The notes under the pieces are model-generated. The model did not search any database, had not been told where the DNA came from, and saw only the letters and a program-made list of their open reading frames with translations. Shown here one piece after another: positions 48,150-58,507 of a stretch of DNA of 64,000 nucleotides. Origin of the DNA: an uncultured archaeon (GTDB lineage Archaea; Thermoplasmatota; Thermoplasmata; Thermoplasmatales; Thermoplasmataceae); NCBI GenBank assembly GCA_000965745.1, contig CP009479.1:288001-352000 (forward strand). The letters are read 5' to 3'. The stretch's first letter is position 1; every line of letters starts with the position of its first letter. Made by a program: the position numbers and the translations under genes.

Positions 48150-48329
48150 GATTCCAGGCAAAGATTTTGACAATAATCCTGTTGCGCACATTTACGGTAT
48201 ACAAAAGAGGTGAACATTCTGAGGAAATCTCAGCAGCTCGCAGTTAGCGGAGGAATATTTGTGTTCTGCTATAGAGCCGTAGGGTGAGCATTTCGCTGGC
48301 AATGCATGTCATTAATCTTGTAATTGGAT

Positions 48330-48760
48330 TAATGAGAAGCCCGGCCTCGTCGTGAAGAGAAAGAACAATGCAATCTCGAAGAGGCTGCACAGGATGGGTC
48401 GCATGATCCTCATGGGCAATTCGGAGATGCAGTGGAACGACATGCTTGACCTGTACCGCTCACGGGAGAGGGTGGAGAAAGGATTCCGAGACATGAAATC
48501 AGATCTTGAGGCACTTCCAATGGGCACGCACACAGATGAGACAATGCATGGATATCTCCTGGTGCAGTTTGTTGCACTCATCCTGGATCTGAGATGAGGA
48601 GGAGGATGCACGAGATGCTCATGGAGCTGAGAAAGCTCAGGGCGGTAAAGCAGGACGGCTCAAGGTTCCTCACATATATCTCAAAGAAACAGAGGGAAAT
48701 ATTTCAGGGCATGGGAATCAAGGAAGAATCCATTGTTATTAGCTGAGGCGGGAATTCAGG
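48330..48760 (+). pseudogene. IS1634-like transposase 3' fragment
   Basis: LYRSRERVEKGFRDMKSDL, ISKKQREIF. Confidence 0.75.
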
Positions 48761-48852
48761 ATAGTGATTATTTACGCCAGTGTTGTCAACTATTAACTCC
48801 TGATACTCTTCTATCTCAGACAGTTAGCGAGGAAAAAGTGAGAACTATTGCC

Positions 48853-49233
48853 TCACATTCCTCTTTCCTCTAAAAGCTCTTCTAATGCTTCTTTTCCAAA
48901 GAGTTCCTGGTATATTGATAGAAAACCAAGCAGTTTATCGGCAAGAGTTCTTTTGGTTTTTTCTTTATCGTTTACAAATTTTTTGTGTGCATTTTTGCCC
49001 TTTGGTGTAAGTTCATAATATACTCGGCCTGAGGCCCCATCTCTTGTAGATACGACAAGCCCACTATTTTCCATCCGTCTCAGAATTGGATAAACCGTTC
49101 CAAAGCTTATCTTGATGTGCCCCCTAGCCATTTTTTCTATTTGACCAGACAGTTCGTACCCATAGACCGGGCCATCTTTCATTAGCCACAGAAAGAGTGG
49201 CTGGTATATCTTAGAGGAGAATCCCTTAATCAA
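48853..49233 (-). CDS. PadR family transcriptional regulator
   Basis: YGYEL, GTVYPILRRME..GLV, RVYYELT.KG. Confidence 0.9.
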   Translation of the reverse strand: MIKGFSSKIYQPLFLWLMKDGPVYGYELSGQIEKMARGHIKISFGTVYPILRRMENSGLVVSTRDGASGRVYYELTPKGKNAHKKFVNDKEKTKRTLADKLLGFLSIYQELFGKEALEELLEERGM

Positions 49234-49255
49234 GTTGATGACACCTCATTTCTGT

Positions 49256-49318
49256 TATATCGAATAGATATATTCATATATCGCGTAAGAATTGTTTCAG
49301 ATAGTATCGTATCGATAC
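49256..49318. promoter_or_regulatory. Two palindromic PadR-like operators in the divergent promoter
   Basis: TATCGAATAGATA (49258-49270) and TATCGTATCGATA (49305-49317); consensus TATCGnATnGATA. Confidence 0.65.
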
Positions 49319-49344
49319 AATCAAAAGAAAGTGGATGAGATAGG

Positions 49345-50322
49345 ATGCGAATCATAACGCTTGAAGAACACTATGCCACTGGCGCACTGATGGCGAGCCA
49401 GCGACGAAACATGCAACAAGGTTCGAGCATGCCCATAGGATGGGACCCATCCAAGTTCATGAACAGGCTTTTAGACATCGGAGATTCGCGAATCACTGAA
49501 ATGGACGATGCTGGCATCGATGTGCAGGTTCTTTCCTCGGTTGGTGTAGAAGATATTGAGAATGAAGAGAAGGCATTGGAACTTGCGTGCTCGTCAAATG
49601 ATTATCTCGCGCTTGCAATCAAAAAACATCCTGCCCGTTTTGGAGGTTTCGCCATCCTACCAATGTCGACGCCACAAAAAGCAGCAGATGAGCTCGAACG
49701 AACTGTTAAGGAATATGGATTCAAGGGAGCCATGATTCTTGGCCACAGTCGTGGGCGCTATCTTGACGATAGATTCTTCTGGCCAGTACTTGAACGCGCC
49801 CAAGACCTTGATGTCCCACTCTACCTCCACCCCGCGGTTCCCCCGGACGCTGTAGTCAAAGCTAGCTATGTGGGCAATTATTCAGGAGAAGTGGCGAACA
49901 TACTTGCTGGCCCGGGATGGGGGTGGCACATCGATACTGCAACTCACATTCTTCGAATAATTCTGAGCGGAGCGTTTGATACTTATCCAAGACTTCAGCT
50001 AATCATTGGGCATCTAGGTGAAGCGCTTCCCTTTATGATGCCGAGAACTGATCATATGCTACCGGCCAAAATAACCAAGTTGAAACGCCCTGTTGGAGCA
50101 TACCTGCGCGAGAACGTTAACTATACTGTCAGCGGATTCAACTACACTGCCTCATTTCTGGACCTGTTTCTCCAGGTAGGATCTGATAGAATCATGTTTT
50201 CTACAGATTACCCTATTTGGTCCATGAAAGAAGCGCACGACTTTCTGGATCGATTACCCATAAGTCCGGGTGACAAAGAGCGAATCGCGCATAGTAACGC
50301 AGAGCGTCTACTGCAAATTTAG
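49345..50322 (+). CDS. Amidohydrolase_2 non-oxidative aromatic acid decarboxylase (2,3-DHBA/gamma-resorcylate decarboxylase-like)
   Basis: ITLEEH, LYLHP, GHLGE, FSTDYP. Confidence 0.82.
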   Translation: MRIITLEEHYATGALMASQRRNMQQGSSMPIGWDPSKFMNRLLDIGDSRITEMDDAGIDVQVLSSVGVEDIENEEKALELACSSNDYLALAIKKHPARFGGFAILPMSTPQKAADELERTVKEYGFKGAMILGHSRGRYLDDRFFWPVLERAQDLDVPLYLHPAVPPDAVVKASYVGNYSGEVANILAGPGWGWHIDTATHILRIILSGAFDTYPRLQLIIGHLGEALPFMMPRTDHMLPAKITKLKRPVGAYLRENVNYTVSGFNYTASFLDLFLQVGSDRIMFSTDYPIWSMKEAHDFLDRLPISPGDKERIAHSNAERLLQI

Positions 50323-50416
50323 GACTGTGATTTTATATGTGGAAAATAACTGAATTAAAGACAAGCCTTGTGGGAAAAGAGCCCGATAGGATGATCAACA
50401 GCCATGGGAGGTCTCT

Positions 50417-51307
50417 TTGATGATCCCCAAAAGATTTGATTATTACTCGCCCACCTCACTTCAGGAGGCTATCCAGCTACTTCATGAGAATACCGAGGCC
50501 AAGGTCCTGGCTGGAGGCCAAAGTCTCCTGCCAATGATGAAGCTTAGGATGTTTGAACCAAGCGCTCTCATCGATATATCCAGGCTTACAGACCTTTCCT
50601 ACATTCGAGATGAAGGTGAGTATCTAGCGATTGGCTCTCTGACAACTCACGATGTCGTCGAGCATGATGAAACAATCAAAGATAGGCTTACACTCCTCTA
50701 CGAAGCGGTCTACCGACTTGGCGACAAGCAGGTTCGGAACCTTGGGACGATTGGAGGGTCAGTCTGTCATGCAGATCCCGCAGCAGACCTCCCAACCGCA
50801 CTGCTTGTAGCGGACGTGAGTTTTGTAATGGAAGGAAAGAGCGGGAAACGGGTGGTGCCTGCGCGAGATTTCTTCCTAGACTTCTATACCACCGCTCTTG
50901 CGCATGACGAGATACTGACAGAGATACAAGTTCCATACCTCCCCCGGCGGTCGGGATCAGCTTACATAAAGCACAGCCTCCGAGAGGCTGATTTTGCAAT
51001 TGCAAACGTAGGCACAATTGTTACAATTGAAGAAGACGGAAAGACGTGCAGAGAAGCAAGAATAGGGCTGGGAACTGTCGGGACGACACCTCTGAGGTCT
51101 TCTCCGGCAGAGCAGTACCTGAAGGGGAGAGAATTTGACGAGACGAGTATTGCCGAGGCCGCGGAGAGATCGATCGAAGGTGTTGACCCACCGTCTGATG
51201 TACATGGAAGTGGAGAATACAGGTTGAAAATGATAAAGGTCATTACTAAGAGGGCACTTCGGCTGGCCTCGAGGAGGGCGGGAGCCAGGGGTGAGATTGC
51301 AAGATGA
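50417..51307 (+). CDS. Molybdenum hydroxylase FAD subunit (CoxM/CutM-like)
   Basis: LAGGQSL, QVRNLGTIGG, HADPAAD, SDVHGS.EYR. Confidence 0.9.
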   Translation: MMIPKRFDYYSPTSLQEAIQLLHENTEAKVLAGGQSLLPMMKLRMFEPSALIDISRLTDLSYIRDEGEYLAIGSLTTHDVVEHDETIKDRLTLLYEAVYRLGDKQVRNLGTIGGSVCHADPAADLPTALLVADVSFVMEGKSGKRVVPARDFFLDFYTTALAHDEILTEIQVPYLPRRSGSAYIKHSLREADFAIANVGTIVTIEEDGKTCREARIGLGTVGTTPLRSSPAEQYLKGREFDETSIAEAAERSIEGVDPPSDVHGSGEYRLKMIKVITKRALRLASRRAGARGEIAR

Positions 51308-51834
51308 AAGGAAAAAATGTGAAAGTTGCGAGGGCAGATGAGTTGACAGAGGTGTCCATGAGGATAAACGGAAATGAGTACAGCGGTAATGTTGAGCCGA
51401 GGACTCTGCTGGTCTATTTCCTCCGGGACGAGCTGAATCTTACAGGAACCCACGTGGGGTGCGATACAGGCCACTGCGGTGCTTGCACCGTCATCATGAA
51501 CAGTAAAGCCGTAAAATCCTGCATGGTCCTTGCTGTTCGGGCAGACGGTTCTGATATACTGTCGGTCGAGGGGCTGGCCGAAGATGATAAGCTACACCCA
51601 ATCCAGGAGGCCTTCACGGAAAACCACGGTCTTCAGTGTGGTTACTGCACTCCCGGCCTTCTGATGTCTAGCCTTGCCCTATTGCAGGAAAATCCTGACC
51701 CGACTGAAGCGGACATTCGCAGAGGAATCGAGGGCAACCTCTGCAGGTGCACGGGCTATGTGAACATAGTAAAATCCATAAGGGCTGCTGCTAAAACATC
51801 AAAGAAAGGGGGGATGGAGGTAGAACTTCGATGA
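51304..51834 (+). CDS. Molybdenum hydroxylase 2Fe-2S subunit (CoxS-like)
   Basis: GCDTGHCGACT, QCGYCTPG, NLCRCTGY. Confidence 0.93.
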   Translation: MKGKNVKVARADELTEVSMRINGNEYSGNVEPRTLLVYFLRDELNLTGTHVGCDTGHCGACTVIMNSKAVKSCMVLAVRADGSDILSVEGLAEDDKLHPIQEAFTENHGLQCGYCTPGLLMSSLALLQENPDPTEADIRRGIEGNLCRCTGYVNIVKSIRAAAKTSKKGGMEVELR

Positions 51835-54248
51835 TCCCCGAAGCTGTGCAACAGGAAGTGGGCGAATCCCAGGAGGAGAAAGTGAGCGTCGACCAGGGAG
51901 CGAAAGTCGGGGAATTAAAGAGGAGGTTGGAGGATCCACGGCTCCTGACAGGCAAGGGGAAATATTTGGACGATCTTAAGATGGAAGGGCAGGCTTTCAT
52001 GGGGATCGTAAGAAGTCCTTATCCCCATGCTAGGATAAAAAGCATTGACCTCTCCAAGCTGAAATCTTCGCCTGACTTCATAGCTGCGCTAACTGGAGAG
52101 GACTTAGTCAGAGAGGGAGTGGGAAAGGTTGCTGATGCACCGTTTCTACCACACAAGCCTGCAAATCGGTACCAGCTTGCGGTAGGCAAGACCAGATTCG
52201 TTGGAGAGGCAGTGGCAGCAATACTGGTAAAACGCAAGAACGCAGTAGAGGACTTGATTGAGGAGATAGAGGTAGATTACGAAGTGCTGCCCGCCGTGCC
52301 ATCGATAGAAGAATCGAAGAGGGGAGGTACGCTGATTTACGAGGACTGGGGTGATAACATCCCTAGTTCTCAAACGAAGAGGCGAGGGGATGCTGAAAGT
52401 GCAATTGCAGCTGCACCTCACCTGATCAGTGCACGGGAAGGAATTGCAAGGCAGGAGGCTGTGCCGATGGAGCCCCGCTCGGTGCTAGTTAAATACGATG
52501 AGGAGCCTGATATATACGAGGTTTACGCAACCACGCAATCAGTGCATTTTCTCCGCCAGAATCTCTCTACCGAACTCAAGATTCCACAGTCCAAATTTCA
52601 TGTGAAAGTAATGGACATGGGGGGCGGGTTTGGAAGCAAGGGGGGGCATTCGTATCCTGAGCCCGTGCTCGCCTGCTTGCTTTCCAGGCAGACAGGAATT
52701 CCTGTGAAATGGACAGCCACGAGATCGGAGGAATTCATGGAGTCGGCAGGGGGAAGGGATGAGTATTGCGACGTTACCCTGGCTTGCGACAAGAATGGGA
52801 GAATTGTTGCGCTGAAGGGGAGAATGGAATGTGATGTCGGTGTTTCCGACGGTATGTCCTTTATGTCTTTTGCAACCGTAGGATACATGCTTGGAACATA
52901 CGAGATACCAAATCTCGATATGAGTGTCCAGAACTATGCGACCAACAAGATGCCTGTCGGTCCTTTAAGGGGAGCCGGGAGACCTGAGGGTGTCTACTTC
53001 ATTGAGCGTGCCCTGGACATAATGGCAAAGAAGATAGGAATTGATCCAATCGAGTTCAGGCGCCTCAATATTGCCAACCCGGAATCGACCGATTCTGTAG
53101 GCTACCTAAGTCTTCTGGACACGCTTATGGAATCAGGACATTATAAATATGCCCTGCGCTGGAGGGATGAATTCAACTCAGGAAACATGAAAGAGAATGA
53201 TGCGGGAAACCTAATCGCGGGGGTCGGAATATCACTTCTAGGAGGATCGGCAGAGATTTTCTCGATGCGAACCATTCTGCGGGGGATGACATTGCGAGGG
53301 TTTGTCGGGTTAGTCAGGATGTTGCCGAGATTCAGGTCCTTCATGAGTGAGTATGGCAGAGCTGCTGTAAACAAGAATGGGGAAGTGTACATCTATACAG
53401 GCTCTTCATCCCACGGACAGGGTCACGAGACAGCATTTGCCCAACTGGCGTCCGAAGAGCTCGGAGTCCCAATTGACAAAGTGAAAGTGGTGTGGGGAGA
53501 CACCGATCAAGTTCCCCGAGGAGTGGGAACGTTTGGAAGCAGATCAGGTGCAGCGGGAGGAAGTGCTGTAGTTGACGCATCACGCAGGCTCAAGTCTGAA
53601 ATCCTGAAACGTGCCTCGAAGATACTCAGGAAGGATAAAAGTTCTCTTGACTTTTGCAATGGCAATATTGTGGAAGCGAATCATCAGCAGAACGTTCTGA
53701 TTAAGATAGGGGATATCCTGGAAAAACTGGGAGTTAAGGAAATATCAGCCATTTCAAAATACTCTTCACGCTCGGCACGCGACGCAAGCGCTGCACATCT
53801 CTGTTCCGTGACACTTGATCCCGAACTTGGCACAGTCAAGATTGTGAAATATCTCGTTGTCCAGGATAGCGGGAGAATCATAAACAAGACCATTGTCGAG
53901 GGGCAGTTGCATGGTGGCGTGGTACATGCAGTAAGTGGGTCGTTGTTCGAAAAGGTTGCTTACGATGACCAGGGGAACCTCCTGACAGGTACCATGATGG
54001 ACTACAACATCGCAACGGCACTTGATAGCCCTGATATAGAAATTATTCACAGGGGAACCCCCTTTGCTGGTGCACTAAATGGCGTCAAGGGAGTGGGGGA
54101 AAGCGGCACGATGGCGGGCTATGCGGCAGTGATGAATGCCATAAACGATGCTCTTGACCATGTGCGACCTGGAGCCCGCATAGACCTGGCTCCTGCGACC
54201 CCGGATGCAATCATTGCAGCGATTGAAAGACACAACATCCAATCTTGA
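51831..54248 (+). CDS. Xanthine dehydrogenase family molybdopterin large subunit (CoxL-like, not form I CODH)
   Basis: GGGFGSK, GPLRGAGRPE, HGQGHET, GTFGSR, GVKGVGE. Confidence 0.9.
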   Translation: MIPEAVQQEVGESQEEKVSVDQGAKVGELKRRLEDPRLLTGKGKYLDDLKMEGQAFMGIVRSPYPHARIKSIDLSKLKSSPDFIAALTGEDLVREGVGKVADAPFLPHKPANRYQLAVGKTRFVGEAVAAILVKRKNAVEDLIEEIEVDYEVLPAVPSIEESKRGGTLIYEDWGDNIPSSQTKRRGDAESAIAAAPHLISAREGIARQEAVPMEPRSVLVKYDEEPDIYEVYATTQSVHFLRQNLSTELKIPQSKFHVKVMDMGGGFGSKGGHSYPEPVLACLLSRQTGIPVKWTATRSEEFMESAGGRDEYCDVTLACDKNGRIVALKGRMECDVGVSDGMSFMSFATVGYMLGTYEIPNLDMSVQNYATNKMPVGPLRGAGRPEGVYFIERALDIMAKKIGIDPIEFRRLNIANPESTDSVGYLSLLDTLMESGHYKYALRWRDEFNSGNMKENDAGNLIAGVGISLLGGSAEIFSMRTILRGMTLRGFVGLVRMLPRFRSFMSEYGRAAVNKNGEVYIYTGSSSHGQGHETAFAQLASEELGVPIDKVKVVWGDTDQVPRGVGTFGSRSGAAGGSAVVDASRRLKSEILKRASKILRKDKSSLDFCNGNIVEANHQQNVLIKIGDILEKLGVKEISAISKYSSRSARDASAAHLCSVTLDPELGTVKIVKYLVVQDSGRIINKTIVEGQLHGGVVHAVSGSLFEKVAYDDQGNLLTGTMMDYNIATALDSPDIEIIHRGTPFAGALNGVKGVGESGTMAGYAAVMNAINDALDHVRPGARIDLAPATPDAIIAAIERHNIQS

Positions 54249-54421
54249 CCATCCTTCCATCTTAATTTCCGCATAAATGAAAAAGGAGATCAAACCCGCT
54301 GTTCCAGGGATTGGCAGAAAACACAGGTTAGGATTGAACACGACATCATTTCCTGGTTATCAACGAGGATTTGACACCCTCATGTCAGTATAAGCTTTAT
54401 CTGGACTTAGATATTAACTAC

Positions 54422-55663
54422 ATGAAAATGCACCCAATCATCCTCGAGGTCTTCATCGGCCTGGGCATTCTTACACTGACAACCTTCATTTACTACGTCA
54501 TAAACATACATGGTTCCCAGCGTTTTTCCCGGGAAAACACACGGAATGATCTCACTCCTGAAGATGTGACAATATGTATTCCGGTCTACAATGAGGACCC
54601 GGATATCTTCAGGGAGTGCATAGAGGCTGCTTCCTCCCAGGGAAGTAAGCTGGTTGTGGTAGGCGACTCAAGCTATGAGCCATACAAGACCATTGTTGAG
54701 GCCCATGGCGGGCTCTTCGTCCACAAGAAAAAGAGGGAAGGGCAGAAGCGGGCAATAGCAAGGTCAATGGACTTTGTAGAAACTCCATACGCACTAATTA
54801 TGGACAGCGACACGATCCTGCCTGAAAGTGGTGTCTCCAGCATGGTTTCCCACTTCGTTGGGGGAGTGGGTGGAGTTGGCCCGAACATAGGGATAAAGAA
54901 CACTGGAACACCAGTTGCCTATGGTGCTGAATTTGTTGAGAGGGCCAGGGAGATAGTGTACCGTTCCATGTCGGCACATGGAAGCGTGATGCATCTCGAC
55001 GGGCCCTGCGTGATGTACCGGACAGACCTGATAAAACCGTTCATACAATCCGATGCCTTCCTTGACTTCAGGATATTCGGAAATAAAACGCAGTTGGGCG
55101 AGGATTGGCTGATGGCACTCCATGCCCTCACTTCCAATTACAAGCTTGTGAAGGATTACGATGTCAGGGTGCAAACCTATCCCCAGAAGACTTTCAAGAA
55201 ATTCTACAAGCAGAGTCTGCGCTGGTCAAGATCGGAATGGGTTCGTTTCGGAATGGAATTCAAGACTGGAAACGCCTTCAAGAAGGGGAAATTCTATGCA
55301 TTTGAACTTGTCTATACCTACATGCTGCCCTTCATCGGGATTATTGCATTCTGCCTGAGATACCTTCCAATTCTCTATTTTCGTCTGCATCAACCGGATC
55401 CTGGTCTGGTCGACTTTATTCGCTCTGTCATATTCTTGAACTTTGACCACCACAGCTTCGGTTTTGGGGCACTATACAACTCTTTGCTTCTGGCCATAAA
55501 CGGCATAGGCTCCGCCGGTTTCGTCCTGACTGTGGCAGGAAAAATCAACAAGGAGAGAATAAGGACAATCGCATACGGCGCCCTTGCCATGGGGATTCTC
55601 TTCGTTACAACTGTGTACGGGGCATTCACTTTCTGGAAAGAGCCAAAATGGGGCACCAGGTGA
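54422..55663 (+). CDS. Processive GT2 glycosyltransferase (hyaluronan synthase/NodC-like)
   Basis: IPVYNED, DSD, GED, QSLRW (QxxRW); flanking TM helices. Confidence 0.85.
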   Translation: MKMHPIILEVFIGLGILTLTTFIYYVINIHGSQRFSRENTRNDLTPEDVTICIPVYNEDPDIFRECIEAASSQGSKLVVVGDSSYEPYKTIVEAHGGLFVHKKKREGQKRAIARSMDFVETPYALIMDSDTILPESGVSSMVSHFVGGVGGVGPNIGIKNTGTPVAYGAEFVERAREIVYRSMSAHGSVMHLDGPCVMYRTDLIKPFIQSDAFLDFRIFGNKTQLGEDWLMALHALTSNYKLVKDYDVRVQTYPQKTFKKFYKQSLRWSRSEWVRFGMEFKTGNAFKKGKFYAFELVYTYMLPFIGIIAFCLRYLPILYFRLHQPDPGLVDFIRSVIFLNFDHHSFGFGALYNSLLLAINGIGSAGFVLTVAGKINKERIRTIAYGALAMGILFVTTVYGAFTFWKEPKWGTR

Positions 55664-55779
55664 GGAGATTTTATTTCCTTACACCTTGAAGAAGCATATT
55701 ATGGGAGTTTCTCCCGGAAGATGCCGTGAGCCGGCATTAGTAGTTAGGTTTAATACCCTTACAAAGACTCGAAAAATCT

Positions 55780-56759
55780 GGAATCAATAAAGCTGCAAAG
55801 GACAAGATCATAAAATTTTGTCATACTTGGAAACCAGAGAGGAACGGTCAGTTTCCAGGCTTTATTACTATGCCATCAGACTCAGGCTGATTGCTGAGAA
55901 CATGGGTGAGTCATTCGTGTATCCCACAGACAAGGACATCGAAAAAGCACTGTCTTATCAGAAAAAGAGAGGCCTTTCTGAGTGGTCAATCAAGGATAAA
56001 TAGACAGTCTTCAAGAAATTTTACCACTGGCCTGGGAAGAGTGAAGAAGTAGCTTGGATCAAACGAAACAGGAGGCCGAATTACAAAGTAAAACCTGATT
56101 TTAATATCTCACAAACTGAAATTGATCTGTTAGTGAATACTTGTGATAATGCAAGAGACAAAGCAATCATAACTGTCCTTTATGACACAGGAATAAGAAT
56201 CGGTGAGCTTCTGACACTTAAGCTGAAAGATATTGTGTTTGACTACGCTGGGATAAAGCTGTTGGTCACAGGCAAGACGGGTACGAGACAGGTCCGGGCT
56301 CTGGGAGAAAGTGTGGCATTCACCAGAGTTTGGAAAGATTCCCATCCCGATCAATTCAACGAGGAGGCATGGCTATTTTGTGGTATTGGTCATGATATGA
56401 GAGCGAAATCTACCATTGGTGAGCCAATGAATCACTATCTGATTTACAACATGCTTTCGAAAGTGAAGAACAGAGCAGTTAAGTCTGGATTCCCGGAATC
56501 GAAGAGGATATGTCCATACAAGTTCAGGCATAACAAAACCTCTCAACTGGCTAGCAAGGTCAGGGAACCAATTCTTGAAAAGACAATGGGATGGGTTCCA
56601 TCTTCCAGAATGACAAGCGTATATTTGCATCTCAATGACGAAGATATGGATTCGGCCATTCAGATAAGCTCCCATACCGAAATGATTCTTTCGCAGAGAT
56701 GGATTAGGTGCTCTGTGCAAGCAGCGATTGTAAATCGCAGAACACATTTATCAAGATAG
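55780..56759 (+). pseudogene. Tyrosine recombinase/integrase pseudogene
   Basis: YDTGIRIGE, GKTG, PYKFRH (H->Y), MGW, VYLH; in-frame TAG at 56001 and a probable 5' frameshift. Confidence 0.85.
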
Positions 56760-56899
56760 AACACAAGCTTGCTTAAATGGGATATCTTAACTTTTTCGCC
56801 GCCAATGATTCCCCAAGAGAATACGGGAATGGCATCAAATAATTTTGAGACAAAATTTTGGGGGTTTTATCACGGAATATAATTCCGGATATGCACTAA

Positions 56900-57340
56900 T
56901 TAACTTCTATAGAATTCAATAAATTCTTCTGAAGTCAATACCTCAAGTTCATCTTGATCTTTCAATTCATTTTTCATTGAAATCAAATCCTTGTCATACG
57001 TAATGATGAAGTCAGCGGAAATGCTTCTTCCTATTGCTATCAGGTACCAGTCATTTCCAATTCGGTTTAACATCTTCTGGTCATGTTCCAGGTTTTTCAT
57101 AGGAACATAACTGAACCAATTGTCGAGATCATCCATGAATTGGCGGAAATAGACTGGATCAATTTTTCTTAGCTTCGGATCGCTTTTGACAATTCTTCCA
57201 ATTTCACCCATCAAGACGTCGCATGTGTATGGCTGAACCCTCCCATCTCTGATTAGACTTATCACGTACTTGCTTGCCGTACCTGCTTTCCTGCCTAGAA
57301 TTGCGCGAAAAAAGACATTTGAATCAGTGACTACTTTCAT
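56900..57340 (-). CDS. PIN-domain toxin
   Basis: MKVVTDSNVF, E in LMGEI, D in NDW, ADFIITYDKDL. Confidence 0.82.
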   Translation of the reverse strand: MKVVTDSNVFFRAILGRKAGTASKYVISLIRDGRVQPYTCDVLMGEIGRIVKSDPKLRKIDPVYFRQFMDDLDNWFSYVPMKNLEHDQKMLNRIGNDWYLIAIGRSISADFIITYDKDLISMKNELKDQDELEVLTSEEFIEFYRS

Positions 57341-57869
57341 TTAATGGATGCCTAACCCTGTCAAATGCGTTATCAATGTCTTCTATTGTAATCTCGTTCT
57401 CCTCAGCGAATGATTCAAAGTAGTCGTACAGGTTCTCAAGGATCACTGCAGATTTTACAGTGTATTTCTTAAATTTGCCATACACGTAATCTATGAGCAA
57501 TTCCGAGCCCATTCTGTTGTAATTTTCCTTAATTCTTATCAGAGCAGATTTATGTGTTTGGTCTAGCTTGTTCCAAAGCTCGTTCGCTTCACTGAATCCA
57601 ACCGGGGTGAGTGTGTACCCTTCAGTATCATCAACTTTGCCAGATACTGTCAATTCAACAAGATCGCTGTCAAGTTCTCTTGAAAATGGGCCATAGTAGT
57701 GTGGAACAAAACCGTATCCGTCTATCTTGGAGAAAACAGTTTCCTTGAGAAGAAGAAACATTTCCTTCTGAAAGTGGGTCTTGGATGGTATGCTCTCATT
57801 GTCCCTCATAGTGGACCCTCTTGCGTAGATGAGTAATTTGAGTAGGTCCTGGTTACCCATAAGTATCAT
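57324..57869 (-). CDS. SocA/YwgA-like wHTH protein, putative antitoxin
   Basis: KTHFQKEMFLL, F.PHYYGPFSREL..DL..L, YTLT..G; overlaps the PIN gene. Confidence 0.7.
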   Translation of the reverse strand: MILMGNQDLLKLLIYARGSTMRDNESIPSKTHFQKEMFLLLKETVFSKIDGYGFVPHYYGPFSRELDSDLVELTVSGKVDDTEGYTLTPVGFSEANELWNKLDQTHKSALIRIKENYNRMGSELLIDYVYGKFKKYTVKSAVILENLYDYFESFAEENEITIEDIDNAFDRVRHPLNESSH

Positions 57870-58083
57870 TATCGTCCACGTTTATAATAACTTCCTCTAT
57901 TCACCTGTTGCACGTTACAGTCTAATCTGAATTCAAAAAAGAAACTACTTTATCACCGCTTGATCCAAGCTTACAGAACAGTCTACTAGAACCATAATCC
58001 GAATTCCCAAAACGGTCCTGTTGTGAATCCGCCTGATGATTTGAAGGAAAACCATTGAAAAGTTCTAAAATATTTATTGTGAG

Positions 58084-58380
58084 TCAGAATAAACATAATT
58101 CATCAAACGTGTTACGAAGTTCCGCGAGTTTATCTGATGAAATTTCAGAATCTTTAAGCCTTTTAAGTACATTTAATGGCTTTAAATCATTACGGGATAC
58201 TTTTTTAATTTGTAAAAATTTCTCAAAATCTGAATCGAAAGTGTAAATTTTCTTTGTATTATCATTTCTATTAGAAGTGATAAAATCGTTAACTATCTTA
58301 TGTATGTCTTCGTCAACATCTTCATCATACAAGACTGAGTGAGTGATTCCGAGCTTTCCTGTAATATCCCGAGAAAAGTT
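58084..58380 (-). pseudogene. C-terminal fragment of an OLD-family TOPRIM nuclease
   Basis: LGITHSVLYDED..H...N..I...DFEKFL.I...KP; no ATPase part. Confidence 0.5.
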
Positions 58381-58507
58381 TCTATATATACCCAGGTTTG
58401 ATTTATCATAGAATCCAATATGTATATATGCTTCCCTATGAGCAGAAGCGTCTACGATTATTTCAACAGAGTCGAAGGTTTTCGTCAGAGTTTCTTCAAC
58501 TGCCAGT

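Noticed and set aside
50417-54248. Aerobic CO dehydrogenase
   Set aside because: Lacks the Cu-binding AYRCSFR motif and the cox accessory genes.
56001-56003. In-frame TAG in the integrase as pyrrolysine/readthrough
   Set aside because: The gene has other lesions (5' frameshift, catalytic H to Y) and no pyl genes are present, so it is simply a pseudogene.
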